Part shown: positions 26,111 through 32,000 of the stretch, piece after piece
Layout: the number at the start of each line of letters is the position of its first letter
Numbering within the stretch: position 1 is the stretch's first letter
Assembly: GCF_000007145.1 (NCBI RefSeq)
Contig: NC_003902.1
Location: 3,866,497-3,898,496 of the forward strand
Source of the DNA: Xanthomonas campestris pv. campestris str. ATCC 33913
GTDB lineage: Bacteria; Pseudomonadota; Gammaproteobacteria; Xanthomonadales; Xanthomonadaceae
Direction of reading: 5' to 3'
Length of the DNA: 32,000 nt
Position numbers and translations under genes: made by a program
Notes under the pieces: model-generated
What the model saw: the letters and a program-made list of their open reading frames with translations, nothing else
What the model was told of the DNA's origin: nothing
Databases searched by the model: none

Positions 26111-28402
26111 TCAAAATTTGTACGAAAGACTCGCAAACACCTGCCGCGGTGCAATCAGCTGATACGAGCCGGAACTTTCATTCGGGAACACCGCGCCGAT
26201 CGCGTCGTCCTTGTCGAACAGGTTGTAGACCGACAGTTGCAGCCGGCCGCCGGCCAGAAACCCGTCACTGCCGCCCTGATAGCCGACACTGCCATTGACA
26301 ATGAAGGTGGCATCCACCTGATCGGTATTGAGCGTGTCGCCGTAGCGCTTGCCGGTATATTTGGTATCCAGGTTGGCGAAGAAGTTCTCGCCCTCCCAGC
26401 CGCCATTGACGCTGAACATCACCTTCGGCGAATCCGGCACCTCGTTGCCTTCCACCTGCACCAGGCTGCCGCTGACCGGTCCGAAATAGTTGTCCTGGAA
26501 TTCGGATTTGTTCCAGGTCAGCGAGGCACCCAGCCGCCAGCCCGGCGCCGGCTTCCACATGCCGGAGACTTCTGCGCCATAGGTCTGCACGTCGCCGACG
26601 TTGGCATACACCGTGGGCGCCACCACCAACGGGTCCGGGTCGGTCAACGCGATGATGCGGTTTTCGTAATCGATCTTGTAGGCGGCGATGTAACCGCTCC
26701 ACTGGCTGGATTCGGCGCGAATGCCGATGTCGATATTGGTGGATTCTTCCGGTGCGATATCCGGATTGAACGCGCCCGAGGTCAGTGCCAGCCGCGGTGC
26801 GGAGCTGAAGTTCTCCGCATAGTTGGCGAACACCTGCACGCCATCGGCCAGCTGGAAACTGGCACCCACCTGCGGCTGGAACCAGTCGCTGTTCTTGATG
26901 GTGACATCGCGACGCACGCCGACATTGAAATCGTCGAGATTAGCGATGCCGTTGTAGTCGCGTTTGACATCCAGCCCCTTGGCGCCGAGTTCCAGCGTGA
27001 GCCGGTCATCGAGCAGGCGCAGTGTGTCCTTGATGTAGAGCTGCTTCACTTCGGTGGAGAAGTGGTTGTCGTAGTAGATGACGATCGGCAAGGCGCTTTT
27101 CAGCAACGCACCGGTGGCCGGGTCCAGGTTGTACAGCGGGCGCACCTGATCGAAATCGTAGTTCTCATACCAGGCACCGACTTCGAGTTTGTTGTGCTCG
27201 GTTTCCCACGACACCGCGGTGGTCGCGCCATAGCGGTCGCCGCCCATGATTTCCTCGCGCCGGGTCATCGCACCAACGCGGGTCACGTTGCCGGCGGCAT
27301 CCACAATCTGTGGGTCGTTGATGGCGATATCGGTGCGCCCTGGCGTGCCGGCGATGGCGTCGTTGTACAGGCCCGTCGCCGTGCTCGGCGGAGTTCCGCC
27401 AACGCCATAGCCGTGCTTGTTCTCGTAGTAGCCGGTGAAGGTGAAGCCGATCGCATCGTTGAACAGGAAATCGCCGTGCAGGCTGAGCAAGGAATCGCGG
27501 CGGCCGTTCTGCCACTCGCTGTAGTGCTCGGCGTCCACTTCGGGATTGCCGGTGATGCGTTCGTGCAGGTCCCACGACACCGAGCCATCGGAGTTGTACG
27601 ACTGCACGTCGTAGTCCTTGCGGTTGTTGTAGATCCAGCCCAGCGTCAGGCTGCCCGCGTCCCAGGCCTGGCGGATCTTGGCTTCGAAGTGATCGCTCTT
27701 CTGCGTGGCCGGCTCCATGTCCCACACCCCGCCCTGCGTGCGCGAGGCCGAGACGTAGGCACTCGGGCCACCGTCCCACCACTGCGGCGTATCCAGCCGC
27801 ACGAAGCTGCGCACCAGATCGTCCGAGCCAATGGTCTGGGTGAGGTTGCCACTCCAGGTATCGCCGCCCTTCGGTGGCAGGCTGGTGTAGCGGATCGCCC
27901 CGCCGAGAGCGTGGTAAGAGGGCTGGGTGACATCGCCCGAGCCAGCAGATACGGTGACATCGAGCAGGTTTTCGCTGGACACATAGCGGGTGATCGGCCC
28001 GCCTTCGCGGGTGTCGAAGGTTTCGATCGGAATCCCATCCAGGGTCACGCCGATCTGGTTGGCAGAAAACCCGCGGATGGTCATCGAATCACCGAACTCG
28101 TACAGACCGAACGGGTCGGTGGTCTGCACATTCACGCCCGGCAGGCTGGCCAGCAATTGCTGCGGGGCCACACCGGGCACCTGCGCCTGGATTTCCGCCA
28201 CGGAGATGGACGCGGTGGTGCGGGTGGAGCCGGTGCCCACCACACTGACGGCATCGAGCGTGCGTGCTTCCTGTGCAATCGCTGGCAGGCTGGAAGCACC
28301 CAGTAACAGTGCCATGGAGGCCGCGGCAGGGCGGCGGGTGAGCGTGGTGAGAGCGGCGGCGACCGAGGTCGCCAGATGGTCGGTCTTCAAGCGCTTGCGC
28401 AT
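26111..28402 (-). CDS. TonB-dependent outer-membrane receptor
   Basis: 763 aa from ATG 28402. A signal peptide ends in ...SSLPAIAQE. A TonB-box-like TLDAVSVVG is present, followed by plug and barrel motifs and the terminal ...SLSYKF. Confidence 0.9.
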   Translation of the reverse strand: MRKRLKTDHLATSVAAALTTLTRRPAAASMALLLGASSLPAIAQEARTLDAVSVVGTGSTRTTASISVAEIQAQVPGVAPQQLLASLPGVNVQTTDPFGLYEFGDSMTIRGFSANQIGVTLDGIPIETFDTREGGPITRYVSSENLLDVTVSAGSGDVTQPSYHALGGAIRYTSLPPKGGDTWSGNLTQTIGSDDLVRSFVRLDTPQWWDGGPSAYVSASRTQGGVWDMEPATQKSDHFEAKIRQAWDAGSLTLGWIYNNRKDYDVQSYNSDGSVSWDLHERITGNPEVDAEHYSEWQNGRRDSLLSLHGDFLFNDAIGFTFTGYYENKHGYGVGGTPPSTATGLYNDAIAGTPGRTDIAINDPQIVDAAGNVTRVGAMTRREEIMGGDRYGATTAVSWETEHNKLEVGAWYENYDFDQVRPLYNLDPATGALLKSALPIVIYYDNHFSTEVKQLYIKDTLRLLDDRLTLELGAKGLDVKRDYNGIANLDDFNVGVRRDVTIKNSDWFQPQVGASFQLADGVQVFANYAENFSSAPRLALTSGAFNPDIAPEESTNIDIGIRAESSQWSGYIAAYKIDYENRIIALTDPDPLVVAPTVYANVGDVQTYGAEVSGMWKPAPGWRLGASLTWNKSEFQDNYFGPVSGSLVQVEGNEVPDSPKVMFSVNGGWEGENFFANLDTKYTGKRYGDTLNTDQVDATFIVNGSVGYQGGSDGFLAGGRLQLSVYNLFDKDDAIGAVFPNESSGSYQLIAPRQVFASLSYKF

Positions 28403-28683
28403 GCAATCCACCCCTGGAGTCGTGTGACGTGCTGGATGACCGGGAGCTCCCCAACCCGGTTGACACCGCGCTGTGCGGTACAGCTCGACCATACCCAGCA
28501 CTACCGCAGCGCATGCCGCGCGCGGAGGGTAGGGGCGGCGCAGGTGGGTAGGCTGCTATCGAATTCAACTAGATGAAGCTGGAATGTGCCTACCCGTGTG
28601 CGGGGAGGTGCGCTGCGGTGGTGATGACTTGCCAGCGCATGCACGGATCGACGACGCTGCTGCGTTGCACATCGAACACGGCC

Positions 28684-29302
28684 ATGCCCGCTCCGCGTCC
28701 CTCCCTGTTATTGCTCGATTTCGATGGCGTGCTCGCCAGCTATGCGCGGCCCAAACGCATGGCGGCGCTGGCTGCGATGGCCAAGTGCACGCCGGCGCAG
28801 GTGCACGCCGTGTTGTTCGCGCAGGGGCTGGAGCGCAGCTACGACAGCGGCGACATCGATACGCCCACGTACTTGGCCCGTTTGAGCGATGCAGTAGGCC
28901 AGCGCATCGATCCTGCGGCCTGGGTGGCGGCACGCGTGGCCGCCTGCCGCGCCGATACATCGGTGTTGGCGCAGGTGCTTGCCGTGTCTGCACACACCCC
29001 GGTCGCCGTGCTCACGAACAACGGCCCGCTGATGGTCAGAGGCGATCGAGCAGATCGTGCCGGCGCTGTTCCCGCTGCTGCGCGGCCGGGTGCTGTGCAG
29101 CGGTGCCCTGGGCGGCCGCAAGCCCGATGCACGCGTCTATGCACGCGCACTCGCGCAGCTGGGCGCACGCGCTGCACACACGCTGTTTGTGGATGATTTG
29201 TTCGTCAACGTGCGCGGCGCACGCGCGGCCGGCCTGGAAGCGGACACTGTGCGTGATGCACGCGGACTGCGCCGGGTGTTGAAGCGGTATGGGCTGGCGT
29301 AG
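28684..29302 (+). pseudogene. HAD-superfamily hydrolase, interrupted by a +1 frameshift near 29038
   Basis: From ATG 28684, motif I is LLLLDFDGVL and motif II is AVLTNNG. After ...GPLMV the frame is lost. The downstream frame (ORF 29057-29302) carries EAIEQIVPALFPLL...GGRKPD (motif III Lys)...LFVDD (motif IV). Removing the single A at 29038 restores one ORF (...PLMVEAIEQIVP...). Confidence 0.75.
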
Positions 29303-29666
29303 GCGCGGTTGGTGTATCTCTGCGTCATCGTGCTACCTAGCGCTTCTGAATGTGTCTGCTAGGCCGCGTCGCAACTTGCCCAGACACGCTGCAGCTTTCC
29401 CACTCACTGCAACCAGAGCTGATCGCCGCAAACCGATCGCAGCGGCAGCGGCCAGTCATTGCGCCGCATCGGTTTTGACATCAGCCGCCAGAACAGATGC
29501 ATGACGGATTGCACATACGACGCGGTGCAATCAACAGGCACCGCCTCAGCTGCTGCTGAGGGCTCGCATCTAGATAACTCTCTCGCACCGCGATAAAAAC
29601 GCGAGCCAGTACCCCACGCTGGCCGGCGCGGTGCCGGCCACGATGGTGCAGAACGCGCAGTCGCTG

Positions 29667-29693
29667 CTGTCAGTGCTGTCAGTGCTGTCAGTG
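29667..29693. repeat. Perfect 9-bp tandem repeat x3 (ctgtcagtg) spanning the argD stop codon
   Basis: The plus strand reads ctgtcagtg three times. On the argD strand this is CACTGACAG x3, and the first unit provides the His codon plus TGA. Confidence 0.85.
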
Positions 29694-30914
29694 CTGCGCA
29701 ACGTACGCGGCGATCGCCAGGCGCAGGCGTGCCAACCCGTCGGCCAGCTCGGCATCGGTGAGATTCAACGCCGGCACAAAGCGCAGCACGTCCGGGCCGG
29801 CCTGCAGCAACAGCAGGCCGTGCGCGGCCGCCAGGTCCAGGATCGCGCCCGCCTGGCCGGCATGCGCCGGTGCCAGCACCGCGCCCAGCATCAGGCCACG
29901 TCCACGGATCTGCGCAAACACACCGAACTCGGCATTCAGCGCTTCCAGGCCAGCGCGCAAGGCGGCCGACTGACGCGCCACATTCTCGGCAATCTGCGGC
30001 GAGGCCAGCTTGCGCAACGCGACCCGCGCCACCGCCGCCGCCAGCGGATTGCCGCCGAAGGTGGTGCCGTGCGCGCCGAACTGCATGGTCTCGGCCACTT
30101 TCGGCCCGGCCAGCATCGCGCCGATCGGGAAGCCGCCACCCAGCGCCTTGGCCAGGGTGACGATGTCCGGGGTGACCTGCTCCTGCCAATGCGCGAACAG
30201 GCTGCCGGTGCGGCCCATGCCGCACTGGATCTCGTCCAGCACCAGCAGTGCGTCGTGCTGGTCGCACAGCGCGCGCACGCGCGCCAAAAAGCCCGGTGCG
30301 GCCGGCATCACCCCGCCCTCGCCCTGGATCGGCTCCAGCATCACCGCCGCCACATCGCCGCTGGCCATGGCGCTTTCCAGCGCCGGCACATCGTTGAAAT
30401 CCACGTAGCGGAATCCGCCCGGCAACGGTTCGTAGCCTTCCTGGTATTTGGGCTGCGCGGTGGCGGTGACCGAGGCCAGCGTGCGGCCGTGGAAACTGCC
30501 GCGGAAGGTGACGATCACCCGCTTGTCGGCCGGCCGGCCCTGGCTGCTGGCCCACTTGCGCACCAGCTTGATCGCCGCCTCGTTGGCCTCGGTGCCGGAG
30601 TTGCACAGGAACACCTTCTGCGCAAAGCGCGAGGCAGTGACCAGTTCTTCGGCCAGCTTCAGCGGCGGCGCGCTGAAGAACACGTTGCTGGTGTGCCACA
30701 GCTTGCCGGCCTGCTCGGTGAGCGCGGCCATCAGGTCCGGATCGTTGTGCCCCAGCCCGCTGACCGCGATGCCGGAGGACAGATCCAGATATTCGCGGCC
30801 CTGGTCGTCCCACACGCGACTGCCCTGGCCACGCTCCAGCACCACCTGGCGCGGGCGGTACACCGGCAGGTAGTAATGCGCGAGGGACAGGGGCGAATCG
30901 GCAGCGGTGCTCAT
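29688..30914 (-). CDS. argD: Acetylornithine/succinylornithine aminotransferase (class III PLP)
   Basis: 408 aa from ATG 30914 (MSTAADSPLSLAHYYLPVY...NSGTEANEAAIKL...FHGRT...DEIQCGMGRTG...TLAKALGGGFP...). The upstream 330 codons of the 738-aa ORF are antisense to the channel gene and are rejected. Confidence 0.9.
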   Translation of the reverse strand: MSTAADSPLSLAHYYLPVYRPRQVVLERGQGSRVWDDQGREYLDLSSGIAVSGLGHNDPDLMAALTEQAGKLWHTSNVFFSAPPLKLAEELVTASRFAQKVFLCNSGTEANEAAIKLVRKWASSQGRPADKRVIVTFRGSFHGRTLASVTATAQPKYQEGYEPLPGGFRYVDFNDVPALESAMASGDVAAVMLEPIQGEGGVMPAAPGFLARVRALCDQHDALLVLDEIQCGMGRTGSLFAHWQEQVTPDIVTLAKALGGGFPIGAMLAGPKVAETMQFGAHGTTFGGNPLAAAVARVALRKLASPQIAENVARQSAALRAGLEALNAEFGVFAQIRGRGLMLGAVLAPAHAGQAGAILDLAAAHGLLLLQAGPDVLRFVPALNLTDAELADGLARLRLAIAAYVAQH

Positions 30915-30986
30915 GATGGCGGGGTCGCGGAAGCGGAGGGAGACCGGCATTCTCGCGCATTCGCCAGCCTGCGGCACAATGCACGC

Positions 30987-31859
30987 ATGCGACCGCTTTC
31001 CGATCCCCAGCTCAATCCCGCCACCACCGACGGTTGGCGTCGCCAGTGGTTCGACATCATCTACCGCCACGACACCCGCCCGTCGCGCAATTTCGACCTG
31101 CTGCTGGTGGTCACCATCCTCACCAGCGTGGTGGTGATCATGATCGACAGCGTGCCGCGCATCCACGCGCAGTCCGCGCACTGGCTGGTGCCGCTGGAGT
31201 GGGCGTTTACGGTGGTGTTCACCATCGAATACGCGCTGCGCCTGGCAGTAGTACGGCGCCCGCCGCGCTATGCGCTGAGCATCTGGGGCGTGATCGACCT
31301 GCTCTCGATCCTGCCCAGCTACCTGTCGTTCTTCGTGCCCGGCGCGCAGACGCTGCTGGTGGTGCGCGTGCTGCGCATCCTGCGGCTGTTCCGCATCCTC
31401 AAGCTCACCCGCTACGTGGAAGAAAGCGGCCAGTTGCTCGATGCGCTGTGGCGCAGCCGGCGCAAGGTGCTGGTGTTCCTGTTCACGGTACTCACCATCA
31501 CCGTGATCGCCGGCGCCACGATGTATGTGATTGAAGGCCCGCAGCACGGCTTCACCAGCATCCCGACCAGCATGTACTGGGCCATCGTCACCATGGCCAC
31601 GGTGGGCTTTGGCGACCTCGTTCCGCAGACCACGCTCGGCCGCTTCGTGACCTCGGCGCTGATCCTGATCGGCTACAGCATCATCGCCGTGCCGACCGGC
31701 ATCTACACCGCCGAACTGGCCAGCAATCTGCGGCGCAAGGACGACGCCCAGCACCACGATGCGCGCGGCTGCCCGGCCTGCGGGCTGGAAGGCCACGAGC
31801 CCGACGCACGGTTCTGCCGGCAATGTGCCGGGCCACTCCCTGCTGCGTTCACTCACTGA
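30987..31859 (+). CDS. Voltage-gated-type (6TM) potassium channel with C-terminal zinc-ribbon-like tail
   Basis: 290 aa from ATG 30987. It has an S4-like helix (VRVLRILRLFRILKLTRY), a pore with filter TVGFGD and the tail CPACG...(10)...CRQCG. Confidence 0.85.
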   Translation: MRPLSDPQLNPATTDGWRRQWFDIIYRHDTRPSRNFDLLLVVTILTSVVVIMIDSVPRIHAQSAHWLVPLEWAFTVVFTIEYALRLAVVRRPPRYALSIWGVIDLLSILPSYLSFFVPGAQTLLVVRVLRILRLFRILKLTRYVEESGQLLDALWRSRRKVLVFLFTVLTITVIAGATMYVIEGPQHGFTSIPTSMYWAIVTMATVGFGDLVPQTTLGRFVTSALILIGYSIIAVPTGIYTAELASNLRRKDDAQHHDARGCPACGLEGHEPDARFCRQCAGPLPAAFTH

Positions 31860-32000
31860 GGCAAACGCGCACGCGGTGAGGTGTGCCGTCGCGTGCGGCG
31901 ACATCTGCGTGCGCGCGCCTGCTGTACTGGCGGCAGCGTGTGCTGTTCCTCCAGCGCAATTGCCGCGCCACTTCCTGTGAGGAAGCGCGGCTAGGCCGTC

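Noticed and set aside
25403-28306. 967-aa plus-strand ORF
   Set aside because: It is antisense to the flavoenzyme and TonB-receptor genes, which have clear family motifs. Its composition is the mirror-codon artefact of a high-GC genome.
15275-29041. Shared TGGTCAG heptamer at both frameshift sites (receptor at ~15280 on the minus strand, HAD gene at 29033-29039)
   Set aside because: The exact indel position in the receptor cannot be fixed, and a 7-mer coincidence within two ~30-nt windows is not improbable enough to suggest a common mechanism.
29667-29693. CRISPR-like repeat
   Set aside because: The 9-bp units are directly tandem with no spacers and there are only three copies. This is a simple tandem repeat.
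30915-31904. N-terminal 330 codons of the 738-aa minus-strand ORF upstream of argD
   Set aside because: This stretch is antisense to the K+ channel gene. ArgD homology begins at MSTAADSPLS (ATG 30914).

Overview
High-GC (roughly two-thirds G+C by eye) chromosomal window with gene content and synteny typical of a Xanthomonas-like gamma-proteobacterium. Most of it is housekeeping: DUF1631 and PilZ genes, pepQ, pepP, ygfB-like, a ZapB-like gene, zapA, 6S RNA, 5-formyl-THF cyclo-ligase, an EVE-domain gene, rpiA, DUF192, a SirB1-like gene, rubredoxin, thiE, hemL, argD and a Kv-type K+ channel. Three parts look accessory. (1) A ~1.1 kb low-GC islet lies between convergent pepQ and pepP. It carries a HopH1/XopG-family HExxH zinc-protease type III effector candidate behind a perfect PIP box (TTCGC-N15-TTCGC). 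(2) A repeat-rich 775-bp non-coding stretch plus a frameshifted ~1057-codon Oar-like TonB-dependent receptor sits between thiE and hemL. (3) The most interesting part is a co-directional minus-strand cluster at 21.6-28.4 kb. It encodes a TonB-dependent receptor, a Tat-signal flavin amine-oxidase-fold enzyme translationally coupled to a monoheme cytochrome c, a signal-peptide RidA, a Tat-signal PLP aminotransferase and azurin, next to a large MalT/LuxR-type regulator. I read this as an uncharacterised, fully periplasmic amine or amino-acid dehydrogenase module that passes electrons to cytochrome c and azurin, by analogy with NicA2/CycN. All family calls come from reading the translated ORFs by eye; no database search was run. 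Many long ORFs antisense to real genes are high-GC artefacts and were rejected.
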